64,000 nucleotides of DNA from Azolla caroliniana. Taxonomy: Eukaryota; Plantae; Polypodiophyta. Under the pieces are notes generated by a model, which was not told the origin of the DNA, searched no databases, and worked only from the letters and a program-made list of their open reading frames with translations. The position numbers and the translations under genes are program-made. This document shows positions 1-11,300 of this stretch, in pieces. Location of the stretch: assembly GCA_043228905.1 (NCBI GenBank), contig JBHGNT010000015.1:1240001-1304000 (forward strand). Reading direction: 5' to 3'. Within the stretch, counting starts at the first letter, position 1. The number at the start of each line of letters is the position of its first letter.

Positions 1-467
1 AAACTCCAACTATCACTATAGACAGAGATGTACAATGGTGAAGCTACAAGGCAACAACCTTGAGCTCACTGTCTTCGCCACAGGCAGCGGCAGTACACAG
101 AGGCAACGACCTCTTCGTCTCTCTCTCTCTCTCTCTCTCTTCCTCTCTCTCTCTCTCGGCTGAAAACATAAAAAATGAGCAACAACATAAACTGTTTGCC
201 CTAAGTCATATTTATACACATATGACTTTCGGGCTATTTACAAATATAGCCTCAAGGGCTCTTAGCAAACATATTCACAAATATGTCCCCGCATCCGGAT
301 CTCTCTTCGGGTACATTCAGCATCCGGCTCCGTAACCGGGGTCTTCATCATCCGGCTCCGTAACCGGGGTCTTCATCATCCGGCTCCGTAACCGCAACCG
401 GGCTTGCCGTCATTTATCTCCGGGGACATCCCATCCGGAGGGACCGAAATCCCAACAAACTCCCCCT

Positions 468-3400
468 TCACTTCGGCATGGGATGTCTCTCCAATCCAAT
501 CCTCTTCTGGCATGCTTCCAACTTGTCGGGTGTGAGCACTTTGGTCAGCATATCTGAGCCGTTCTCGTCCGTGTGGATCTTCATCAGCACGAACTCCTGG
601 TCTTCTATCCTTTCCCGGATCCAGTGATATCTTCGCTGGATGTGCTTCGTCCGGGAGTGATAGGCCGCGTTCTTCGCAAGGTGGATGGCACTCTGACTGT
701 CACAGTAGAGTCGGTACTCCTCCTGCCGGATACCAAGCTCTCTAATGAAGTCCTTCATCCATATCATTTCCTTGCCGGCTTCAACAGCCGCCATGTACTC
801 CGCCTCCGTGGTTGACAACGCAACCGTCTTCTGCAGCCTCGACTGCCACGAAACAGCTCCCCCTGCATACGTCATCACATACCCTGATGTGGACCGGCTG
901 GTATCTGCATCAGCCGACATATCCGAATCGGTAAAGCCGTCGAGTTCGGGCTTACCGGAGCCGAATCGGAGGCATACGTTTGCCGTGCCCTTCAGGTATC
1001 GCAGTATCCACTTGACCGCGTTCCAGTGTTCTTTGCCGGGATTGCTCATGTACCGGCTCACCACTCCGACTGCATATCCTATGTCCGGTCTTGTACACAC
1101 CATTGCGTACATCAACCTTCCGACGGCAGAGGCATATGGTACTTTCATCATGTCCTCTTTCTCAGCCTTTGTCTTGGGGCTTTGCTTGCTGGACAGCTTG
1201 CAGTTTGCCGGGAGGGTTGATCCGACCGGTCTTGCTTCCGACATGTTGAACCGGTGAAGCACCTTTGTTACGTACTTCTCCTGTGACAGCCACAACTGCT
1301 TCTTCTTCCGGTCTCGGATGATGTGCATCCCTAGTATTTGCCTCGCCGGACCCAGGTCCTTCATTGAGAAGGTTCGGTGAAGTGCTTTCTTCAGCATCCG
1401 TATCTTGCCCTGGTCCCGTCCGACGATCAACATGTCGTCCACGTACAGGAGGAGTATTAGAGAGTCTCCTCCTTCGAACTTCTTCACAAACACGCAGTGA
1501 TCGGACTGCGTTTTGTGGTACCCTTCGTCGGTCATGAAGGAGTCGAACTTCCGGTACCATTGTCGGGGAGCCTGCTTCAGTCCGTAAAGGCTCTTCTTCA
1601 ACCGGCATACCAGGTGCTCCTTCCCTTTCTTCTCGAATCCTTCCGGTTGCTGCATGTAGATCTCTTCTTCGAGGTCACCGTGAAGGAATGCCGTCTTCAC
1701 GTCCATCTGTTCTACCTCGAGGTCCATGCTTGCCGCTATGCTCAGCACCGTCCGGATGGAGGTCATCTTCACTACCGGGGCGAATATCTCGTCGAAGTCG
1801 ACGCCCTTCTTCTGCTGGAACCCCTTCACTACGATCCTGGCTTTGTATCTCGGGGGGTTTCCGGCATCTCCCGGTTTCAGCTTGAACACCCACTTGTTTC
1901 GAAGTGCCCGCTTACCTTTCGGCAACTCCACAAGTTCATATGTGTGGTTCTCATGCAGGGAATCCATCTCCTCCTGCATGGCACTTAACCACCTGCGGCT
2001 ATGGTTGTCAAGCTTTGCTTCTTCAAAACTTTCCGGCTCCCCCTCGTCGGTTAGCAGCACGTGCTCTTGTTCCGGAAATCTCCGGGGGGCCCTTCTCTCT
2101 CTTAGAGGATATCTCCGTTCCGGAGCTTCGGTAACCGGCTCCTCCGTTTCCTCTTCATCCGAATCCATTTCGGGATTGGGGCCGGTTCCGGTATCTGTTA
2201 CATCTTCCTCGGCTGGTTCTGTTTCTTCACCGTCTTCGGCCGGATCCTCGAGTGCTAACCGGTCCCTTGCCGGTCGGGACTGCTCTTCGTAGAGTTGATC
2301 CTCACCGGTTGACTTGGAGCTCTTCGTCTTCTTCTCCGACTCCCAGTCGGCGAGTGTCTTGTCCTCCATGAAGATGATATCTCGACTCCTGAATATCTTC
2401 TTGTCGACCGGGTCCCATACTCGGTAGCCGAACTCGTCGTCGCCGTAACCGAGGAATATGCATGGCCGGGTCTTTGGGTCTAGCTTTCCTCTCCGGTCCT
2501 TTGCCACATGCACATATGCGAGACACCCGAACACCTTCAGATGCCGGTAGGATACTTCCCTACCGGTCCACACTCTCTGCGGCGTGTCTCCGTCCAAAGG
2601 TACTGAGGGTGATCTGTTTATCACGTATGTCGCCGTCGACATCGCCTCAGCCCAAAACCCCTTGGGTAATTCCGCATGTGCCAGCATACTCCGAACCCTC
2701 TCCATTATGGTCCGGTTCATCCTCTCGGCCAGCCCGTTCAGTTCCGGCGTCTTCGGCACAGTAAACTCGAGCCGGATTCCCTTCGAGCGACAGTACTCCT
2801 CGAACTGCCCCCGGTATTCCCCTCCGTTATCCGCTCGTATCGCTTTCAACTCCCTGCCGGATTCCCTTTCCACTCTCGCGTGGAGTTCTTTGAAGATGGA
2901 CAATACTTGGTCCTTTGTCTTCAACGGTGCCGTCCACAGCTTCCGGCTATGGTCATCTATGAATGTTACAAAGTACTGGGCTCCGCCATGTGACTTCGTT
3001 TCTACCTGACACACGTCAGTGTGCACCAACTCCAATGGTGCGCTACGTCTCGTCGGTGGCCTTGAGTGGAAGGAGGTCCGGTTTTGCTTACCGGCCAGAC
3101 AGTCGATACACTTCCCCAAGTGTACATGCTTTACCGGTATCAGGTTGTCTTCGGCAAGCCTCTTCATCCCCTTCTCGCTCATGTGGCACAGTCTCTTGTG
3201 CCATAGCTCACCGGCAGTGTCAGCTGCCACGTTCAGCTCCTCCGGACATAGCCGGGAATTCATCAGGTACAGTGTGTTGATCTTCCGGGCCCGAGCCACT
3301 ATCAGGCTCCCTTTGCTGAACTTCATGACACCGTTCCGGATGCTACCCGTGTAGCCTTCATCGTCTAGCCTCCCGGCCGAAATCAGGTTCAATCGAACCT

Positions 3401-4541
3401 CCGGAACGTGTCGAACATCCTTCAGCAGCATTTTGCATCCGGTCGAGGTTGTCAACCACACATCTCCTATGCCGGCAATCCGGCACGTACCTTCATTTCC
3501 CATCCGAACACAGCCATGCTCACCGGCTGTGTAGAATGAGAAGTATCTTCTCTCCGGGGTCAGGTGGAACGATGCTCCGGAATCGACCACCCAGGTCGTC
3601 TCATCGCCGGCAATGTTTAGTTCACCTTCTTCGGTGATGAGCATGATTTCTTCCTCACTTGCCGCGAGTGCCGTCGTTCCTTTCCGGTCCTGCCCTCGCC
3701 GATCCGGACCTCTCCGGTCCGTGGCTCCCCGGTATGCACCGTTTCTCTCCGGTGACTTCTTCGAATCGGTGTCGTCGGCTCCGTTGTCCTTTCGGTAATG
3801 CCGACAATTCTTCCGGAAGTGCCCCGGCTTCCCACAGTGGAAGCATGTGGGTCTTCCTCTTGACTGCGACCGGGTCCCCGACTTCTCCCGTCTTTGCGGA
3901 CTCCGGTTCCATTGTCTTCCCCGTTCCGATTCGGTAAGCAGCATCTTCGGATCGGAAACCGGTTCTTTATCTCTCCGACGCGCTTCTTCGTTCAAAATGC
4001 TTGTCTTTACCGTTTGTAGAGACAAGTTATCTTCGGTGCAGGAGGTGCTGAGAGTCACCACCAAGTTCTCCCAGCTTTCCGGTAATGTACACATCAGAAT
4101 GATGGCTTGCATTGCATCCTCCAACGGGAACTTGATCGCCGCAAGCTGGTTCACGAGTCCCATGAACGTGCTCACGTGTTCAACCATATTCTCGCCGTCC
4201 CGGTACTTGAGGTTCACTATCTTCCTCATCAGGGAGGTCCGGTTCAACGCATTCTTCCTCTCGTAGAGGCCCGACAGCTTCTTCCACATCTCATATGCGT
4301 TGGTGTCATTCGCCACATGTTGTAGAACGCTTACATCGACATATTGCCGGATCGTCGCTACGGCTTTCCGGTTCAGGAGCTTCCACTCCGACTCTATTAC
4401 CCCCTTGGGTATCTCGGCATTGTCGATCGGTTCATACAGGTCTCGAACAATGAGAAGGTCTTCCATCTTTATCTTCCAGTCGGCGTAGTTATGTGAGTTC
4501 AACACCATCATGCCCGGAGGCCCACTACCGCCGCCTTCCAT
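468..4541 (-). CDS. Gag-Pol polyprotein of C1 (Gag, CCHC knuckle, PR, INT, RT, RNase H), 1357 aa from the ATG at 4541
   Basis: Uninterrupted ORF with CFHCGKPGHFRKNC, WVVDSGAS, integrase core (HTDVC, RADNGGEY, NGLAERMNRT), YVDDML, FTDSD and CDSQSAIHL, in copia domain order. Confidence 0.96.
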   Translation of the reverse strand: MEGGGSGPPGMMVLNSHNYADWKIKMEDLLIVRDLYEPIDNAEIPKGVIESEWKLLNRKAVATIRQYVDVSVLQHVANDTNAYEMWKKLSGLYERKNALNRTSLMRKIVNLKYRDGENMVEHVSTFMGLVNQLAAIKFPLEDAMQAIILMCTLPESWENLVVTLSTSCTEDNLSLQTVKTSILNEEARRRDKEPVSDPKMLLTESERGRQWNRSPQRREKSGTRSQSRGRPTCFHCGKPGHFRKNCRHYRKDNGADDTDSKKSPERNGAYRGATDRRGPDRRGQDRKGTTALAASEEEIMLITEEGELNIAGDETTWVVDSGASFHLTPERRYFSFYTAGEHGCVRMGNEGTCRIAGIGDVWLTTSTGCKMLLKDVRHVPEVRLNLISAGRLDDEGYTGSIRNGVMKFSKGSLIVARARKINTLYLMNSRLCPEELNVAADTAGELWHKRLCHMSEKGMKRLAEDNLIPVKHVHLGKCIDCLAGKQNRTSFHSRPPTRRSAPLELVHTDVCQVETKSHGGAQYFVTFIDDHSRKLWTAPLKTKDQVLSIFKELHARVERESGRELKAIRADNGGEYRGQFEEYCRSKGIRLEFTVPKTPELNGLAERMNRTIMERVRSMLAHAELPKGFWAEAMSTATYVINRSPSVPLDGDTPQRVWTGREVSYRHLKVFGCLAYVHVAKDRRGKLDPKTRPCIFLGYGDDEFGYRVWDPVDKKIFRSRDIIFMEDKTLADWESEKKTKSSKSTGEDQLYEEQSRPARDRLALEDPAEDGEETEPAEEDVTDTGTGPNPEMDSDEEETEEPVTEAPERRYPLRERRAPRRFPEQEHVLLTDEGEPESFEEAKLDNHSRRWLSAMQEEMDSLHENHTYELVELPKGKRALRNKWVFKLKPGDAGNPPRYKARIVVKGFQQKKGVDFDEIFAPVVKMTSIRTVLSIAASMDLEVEQMDVKTAFLHGDLEEEIYMQQPEGFEKKGKEHLVCRLKKSLYGLKQAPRQWYRKFDSFMTDEGYHKTQSDHCVFVKKFEGGDSLILLLYVDDMLIVGRDQGKIRMLKKALHRTFSMKDLGPARQILGMHIIRDRKKKQLWLSQEKYVTKVLHRFNMSEARPVGSTLPANCKLSSKQSPKTKAEKEDMMKVPYASAVGRLMYAMVCTRPDIGYAVGVVSRYMSNPGKEHWNAVKWILRYLKGTANVCLRFGSGKPELDGFTDSDMSADADTSRSTSGYVMTYAGGAVSWQSRLQKTVALSTTEAEYMAAVEAGKEMIWMKDFIRELGIRQEEYRLYCDSQSAIHLAKNAAYHSRTKHIQRRYHWIRERIEDQEFVLMKIHTDENGSDMLTKVLTPDKLEACQKRIGLERHPMPK

Positions 4542-4572
4542 TTTCTGTGTTAACCGTGCTCTGATACCAATT

Positions 4573-5179
4573 TGTAGTAAAACAATGCTCGGCCACAACC
4601 GAGGAATAGGATCAACTTTCAGAAAACAGGAAATACAAAATGCACGAAGTACAATAGAGAGAAGAGTACACGGGATGTTTTACGTGGAAAACCCTAACTG
4701 GGGAAAAACCACGGGAGTCCTCAAACTCCAACTATCACTATAGACAGAGATGTACAATGGTGAAGCTACAAGGCAACAACCTTGAGCTCACTGTCTTCGC
4801 CACAGGCAGCGGCAGTACACAGAGGCAACGACCTCTTCGTCTCTCTCTCTCTCTCTCTCTCTTCCTCTCTCTCTCTCTCGGCTGAAAACATAAAAAATGA
4901 GCAACAACATAAACTGTTTGCCCTAAGTCATATTTATACACATATGACTTTCGGGCTATTTACAAATATAGCCTCAAGGGCTCTTAGCAAACATATTCAC
5001 AAATATGTCCCCGCATCCGGATCTCTCTCCGGGTACATTCAGCATCCGGCTCCGTAACCGGGGTCTTCATCATCCGGCTCCGTAACCGGGGTCTTCATCA
5101 TCCGGCTCCGTAACCGCAACCGGGCTTGCCGTCATTTATCTCCGGGGACATCCCATCCGGAGGGACCGAAATCCCAACA
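4573..5179 (-). repeat. C1 5' LTR (607 bp)
   Basis: TG...CA ends, adjacent to the PBS. Contains a CT microsatellite and about 2.5 copies of the 28-bp unit CATCCGGCTCCGTAACCGGGGTCTTCAT. Confidence 0.95.
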
Positions 5180-8100
5180 TACCCTACCGCAAGGAGGGAC
5201 GAACTCGGTGGCTCACATGGTGAACGCAATGAACAAAGTGCTGAGGGATTGTATCCCAGACATCACCATGCCGTTTTTGGACGATGTCTCAATCAAGGGA
5301 TGCCCGGTGGAGGAAAGGGACGAGATGATCGGACCGGACGGGTGCCGGAAATTCGTGGCGACACACATCGATGACTGCGAGAAGGTGCTGCAGAGGTTGG
5401 AGGGCGCGGGGCTCACCTTCTCCGGGGAAAAATCGGCCTTCGGGAAATCAGAGATCATGGTCGTCGGACACCTATGCGGGTCGTACGGCCGGAAACCGTC
5501 TCCGGCTAAGGTAGAACTCCGTGATGAAGCACGACTGTAGGTCGGTCACGGAGGTTCGGAGGTTCTTGGGAGCATGCGCGTTCTACCACATATGGATCCC
5601 TCATTACGCCCACGTCGCGGAGCCGTTATACGGGTTGCTTAAAAAGGGGCGAAAATTCGAGTGGAAAGAAGTGCATACGGAGTCTGTCCGAAAGATGAAG
5701 GAAGCACTTGCCGCAGCTCCGGCGCTCTGAAAGGCTGTCTACCGAAAGGACACTCCGATTTACGTAACGATAGACACGAGTCTGACCGGGATCGGATGGG
5801 TCGTCAACCAAGAGGACGAGGACGACATGCGTTTCCTGATCCGGTTCGACGCGAAAGGTCCTCAGCGAGCGACAACGAAGATATGCCCAGGTTAAACGCG
5901 AGCTTTGGGGTATCGTTTCGGCGGTAAAGGCCGATAAAGACTACCTAATCGGGACAGAGGTAATTATCGAGACGGACTGCCTGCCAATTCTTGGCACTGT
6001 TTCCGGATGCGCGACGCCGAACTTGGCAATGCTCAGGTGGATAGTGTACATCAAGTCCTTGAATCCGGAAATACGACACACTTCCGGGAAAGACAATGCC
6101 ATGGCCGACATGCTTTCAAGGGCGAGGTTCGAAAACGAGGGTGGCATGGTTTCGGAGGATGAGGAAGTCGGCGTGGACTTCTTCGAGGCGGCTTATGTAA
6201 CAACCGGCAGGGAATGCTCTCCAACGCTTAACGATTTCGACGAGAGCAAGTACAACGGGGAGTGGCTGCAGATCGGCGGGTTCCTGAAAACGATGACGCC
6301 GGACGCGGCATGGACAAGGGATGAAGCCAACCGGATTTGGAAGAAAGCATACCGATTCTTCCTCCGGGACGGGTACATATGGAAGCACCCGAAGAAGAGG
6401 AACGACATCCCGCTCCGAGTGGTGGCGAAGAAGGAGGAACAGGAGGATTTGCTGGCGGCGTACCACGATAGTCCTTGGGCTGGACACCGTGGAACGTGGG
6501 CCACGTTCGAAAAGCTAAAGGGGAAGTACTGGTGGCCGGGACTATACCGGGACGTGCATCGGTTCGTGACGACTTGCGAAAGCTGTCAGGTGCACTCCAT
6601 GATCCGACACCGGGACGAGCTTCACCCGACCTACCCTCCGACCGTCCACTTCAAGTGGATGGTGGATTTGGTGACAATGCCGATGGGGGTAGGACAGATG
6701 CGGTATCTGGTGCTGGCTCGGGAGGATCTAACGAACCAGGTTGAAGGCCGAGCCCTGTAGAACAAGACAACCGTAGCCGTATGCCGGTTTTTGATTGAGG
6801 ACGTGGTATGCCAATACGGGTGCGTAGGGAAGATCGTGGCTGACCGTGGTGAGTTGGACGCAGAAGAGGCCGAAGAGCTGTTCGACCGGCTAGGAGTCAA
6901 ACTTTCGCTCACCACAACGTACAATCCGGAGGCGAACGGGAAGGTGGAGCGCGGACACGGGCCAATTGTCAAAGCGCTAGTACGGGCGTGCGGAGGCCAA
7001 GTCGGGAACTGGCCACGACTGCTCCCTTATGCCTTGTGGGCGGACCGGACTACGCACAGTTCGGTAACCGGGTTCATGCCAGCCGAGCTTATGTTCGGAT
7101 AGAAGCCGATCATGCCAACGGAGCGAACGATCTCGTCGTGGGCCACGGTAGACTGGAGGGATGAGATGAGCCGGGAGGAACTGTTGGCGGCGCGGATTCG
7201 ACAGCTCGAGCGGAGACCGGAGGACGTAGAACGAGCCGCGGAGAGACTACGGGTAGCAAGGATAAGGAACAAAGCCCGGTTCGACCGAACACACCGGCTC
7301 TGGCCAAGGAAGATCGAGGAAGGCGACTGGGTGCTAGTCTACGACAGCAGCCTCGACAATCAGCACAGGGCCACACGGAAGTTTGCGAGGAGGTGGTTCG
7401 GGCCTTACGTAGTAACAGGCGCCAATGGCAATGGGACGTACCATCTCGCGGAGCTCGACGGTACGAGAATGGCGATACCGGTAGCAGGGAAGAGGATCAA
7501 AGCGTTCAAGAAACGACAAGACGGTGAGCCGGAGCTAGGTGGCATGGACAGCAACGACGAGCAGCCCGAGGCGGAGGATGAACCAGTAAACGAGGAAGAA
7601 AAGCAAGGATCGGTTTTCTCCCGTAGGAACCCAATTTTGGCGCATATCGGTGGATGCGTGGTTAGGTGGGGGCGGATGTCGTGAAGAAAACCGTCCCCAG
7701 GCGCAAACCGTGTATAGTGTGTGTGAACCGGCCCTTACACGTGGGCACGCCCCTTGTTGTATAGTAGATAGGTAGGCACAAAGGTCAAATCCTAGGTAGC
7801 AATATTCTATAGGGGAAATCGAGGAGTATCTCTGTCCATAGGGACAGAGAATTAATGTGATGTAAACGGGTGAAACGGCCTCCCTCCTTGAGCTATAAAG
7901 GAAAGGGAGACGGGGGAGAGAAGGTATCGCGCGCTAGAGGGGACGAAGTGCTGTCGGACTGGGACCAAGCTCTTCTTCTCTGTCGTTCTCCATAGCTTCC
8001 TTTTGCGCAGGTTCTCAGGAGGCTGATCCTGCTCCGTGGAACGCTCGTGTGCTTCCGGCAGAATCTCCATCTTGCTCTCCCGTGTGCGTCAGTGATTAGG

Positions 8101-8275
8101 CGACGACATCCATCTAGCCGACCTGATCGGCTGTAACCGTTTGAGTCGTCTGCATACATACAAATACATACACATATTTATATACATACGCTAGTGTTCT
8201 CAACTCGTGTCTCCTGTGTTGTTGGGCCGCGTCCCCGTGCGCTTCTTTGTCTATACGTGTGTGAGCGTCTCTCTC

Positions 8276-8324
<49 letters not shown>

Positions 8325-8394
8325 CTCCTCTACTCCTTAGTCCAAGACCCCCGTGGTCCCGCCCTTCTCCACGCACGCGCGTAGCAACGTGACA
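5180..8394 (+). mobile_element. G1: 3' half of a degenerate Ty3/gypsy element (RT-RH-INT pseudogene plus 3' LTR 7677-8394)
   Basis: Fragments FLDDVSIKG, DTSLTGIGWV, CESCQVH, ADRGELD and WFGPY with stops and frameshifts. PPT-like GGTTAGGTGGGGGCGGA precedes LTR TGTCGTGAAG...CGTGACA. Right flank is TCGT. Confidence 0.93.
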
Positions 8395-11300
8395 TCGTAG
8401 TTCGGTCTGCCCATAATGCGTAAGGCAGAAGCCGCGGCCAAATCCCGACTTGTCCTCCAACGCTTTTATGATCGGCCCGTGCCCGTGCTCCACCTTCCCA
8501 TTAGCCTCCAAGTTGTACGTGGTAGTGAGGGAGAGCTTAACCCCTAGTCCTCCAAACAGCTCTTCTGCTTCTTGTGCATCTAGCTCTCCCCGGTTAGCCA
8601 CGATCTTCCCTACACACCCATACCGGTATACCACCTCTTCGATTAGGAACCGGCACACAACTGCAGTCGTCTTGTTCGGCAATGTACGACCCTCCACCTA
8701 ATTCGTCAAGTCTTCTCGCGCAAGCACCAGGTACCGCATCTGCCGTACCCCCATTGGCATCGTCACTAAGTCCACACCATCCACTTGAAATGGACGGTCG
8801 GCGGGTAGGTCGGGTGCAACTTGTCTTGATGTCGGATCGCGGAGTGCATTTGGTAGCTCTCGCACGTTGTTACAAATTGGTGCACGTCCCGGTACAGCCC
8901 TGGCCACCAATACTTCTCCTTTAGCTTTTCAAATGTGGCCCATGTCCTGCAGTGCCCGGCCCAAGGACTCTCGTGATATGCTGTCAACAACGCCTCTTGC
9001 TCTTCCTTCCTTGCCACTACCTGGAGCGGAACGCCGCCTCTCTTTTTCGGGAGCATCCATATGTCCCTGTCCCCTTGGAAGAATCGGTATGACTTCTTCT
9101 GGATCCAGTTAGCCTCTTCCTTTGTCCACGTGGCGTCCGGCGCTAGCGTCCTCAAGAACCTACCGATCTGGAGCCACTCCCCGTCGTACTCGCCCTCGTT
9201 GAACTCGTTAAGCGCCGGAGTGCTCCCTGCCCTCGTTGTCACGTAAGCCGACTTGAAGAAGTCCACGCCGACTTCTTCATCCTCTGAAACCATGTCATCC
9301 TCATCATCATACCGTGCTCTAGAAAGCATGTCGACCATCGTGTTGTCTTTCCTGAAAATGTGTCGAATTTCTAGATTCAAGGACTTGATGCATGCGATCC
9401 ACTGGAGCATCGCCAGGTCCGGCGTCGCGCATTCGGAAACCATATCAAGGATCGGTAGGCAGTCCATCTCGATTATCACCTCCGTCCCGATCAAGTAGTC
9501 TTTTTTGGCCTTGACCGCCGAAACGATACCCCAGAGTTCGCGTTTAACTTGGGTGTATCCTCGTTGCCGCTCACTCAGCACTTTCGCTCCGAACCGAACG
9601 GGGAACCTCGTGCCGGTTCCGTCCTCTTGGTTGACCACCCATCCTATCTCAGTCGGGCTCGTGTCTACCATAATGTAAATCGAGACGTCCTTGCCGTAAA
9701 CCACTTTCCGGAGTGCCGGTGCCATAGTTAGCACCTCCTTCAGTCTACGAACCAACTCCGCATGCTCCTAACCCCACTCGAATTTAGACCCCTTCTTCAG
9801 CAACCCATAGAGCGGCTCCGCAACGTGTGTGCAATGCGGAATCCAGATATGGTAGAACGTGCATGCGCCTAGGAACCTTCGCACCTCCGTAACCGACTTG
9901 AATTCTTCCTTCATTGCAGAGATGGCTTCTACCTTTGCCCGAGATGGCTTCCGGCCGTAAGGCCCGCACAAGTGCCCGGCCACTAAGATCTCGGACTGCC
10001 CGAAAGACGATTTCTCTCCGAAGAAGGTGAGTTGCGTGTCCTCAAGTCTTTGAAGCACCTTCTCACAGTCGCCGATGTGGTCCACTACGAATCTTCGGCA
10101 TCCGTCCAGCCCAACCATTTCGTCATTCTCTCCCACCAGAAACCCTTTTATCGGGATGTCATCCAAGAACAGCATGGTGATGTCTGGGATGCAGTCCCTC
10201 AACATTGTTCATCAAATACACCATGTGTGCCACCGAGTTGGTCCCTCCCTTCAGTAGGGTACACATCTGCACCAGGCCGAGAGGAGTCCGCATAGTCGTG
10301 ATATCCCTGCTCTCCATGGCTAGTTGGAATTGATAGTTCCCTGAGTACAAATCAACTGAATAGATCGACCTTCCAGCGAAGGCCTCCGCAAACTCATCAA
10401 TGGTCGGTCTGACACTTGCATTCCGAATGGTCACCTTGTTGACTGGCTGCAGGTCCTGAATGAAGCTCAGCGTGCCATTCTTCTTCGGCATGGTAAACCA
10501 CCGATTCGAATATGCCCATCTCCACCTTCTACTTCAGTAGCTTCATCAACTTCGGGATGTGAGCTTTGGGTACCAGAATCAGTTTGAGATTCCATGGCAC
10601 ATGTGGTACCGTGAAGATCACCATTGGTTCCACGATCGTCGGGTCTACACACCCGATCTCCCCTGGCGCGAATGTGAAGGCCCTCCCGTGCCTTCTGAGC
10701 ATTCTCCAAAACTGGTCCTCCTCCGTCGGCAGAAGAAAGCCACCCCCACCAACCTTGAGCTCCTGTAGCGTTATGTCAGTGAACCGGTGTCCTATGCCGG
10801 CCGGATTCCGTAAACTTGGGTCCGACGCGACCCCCTTTTTCTGCTCCCCACTGCCCTCTGGCAAGGGAGCCGCGACTAGCCTCACCTTCCGGTCCACAGT
10901 CTTGTACTTTACATCTACACAGGCCGTCCGATCCGACCTGACCCTCTCCCCGAAGTCGGCAATGACTTCATACATCTCTACGGAAATAACCAGGATGACC
11001 AAATCTTCACTGAGGCCTTCTTTGACCACCTGCCCTTACTCTCCTAGGGTGTCGTCGAAAGAGATCACCTCCACGGCGCTACTAATTTCTTCGTCAGGGC
11101 GGAGGACTCCGCATTCTCTAAAACGTTCCTCGGCCCTCTTCTTCTCCCGGCCACCAACGTCGGCTATCATAAAACCTCCATTGTTAGAGACCCAAAACTT
11201 CCTACCTATAGTACACTTGTGGGGTTTTGCCAGAGTGTCCGGACTATCGCAACCCCACGCCTTGATAGCCCTCTCTAAAAATTCCCTTGGTTGTCACTGC

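Larger units (their letters stand above)
1..5179 (-). mobile_element. C1: young Ty1/copia LTR retrotransposon (Tnt1-like) with intact ORF; 3' LTR cut by the window start
   Basis: LTRs are 1-457 (partial) and 4573-5179, offset 4722, with one mismatch seen. PBS TGGTATCAGAGC (iMet) at 4558-4569, PPT at 458-468. The right flank TACCC (5180-5184) continues directly into gypsy RT (..TLPQGGTNSVAHM). Confidence 0.97.

Noticed and set aside
4542-4598. N-terminal extension MWPSIVLLQ... of the 1376-aa ORF
   Set aside because: It starts at a non-ATG codon inside the LTR and crosses the PBS. The ATG at 4541 is the plausible start.
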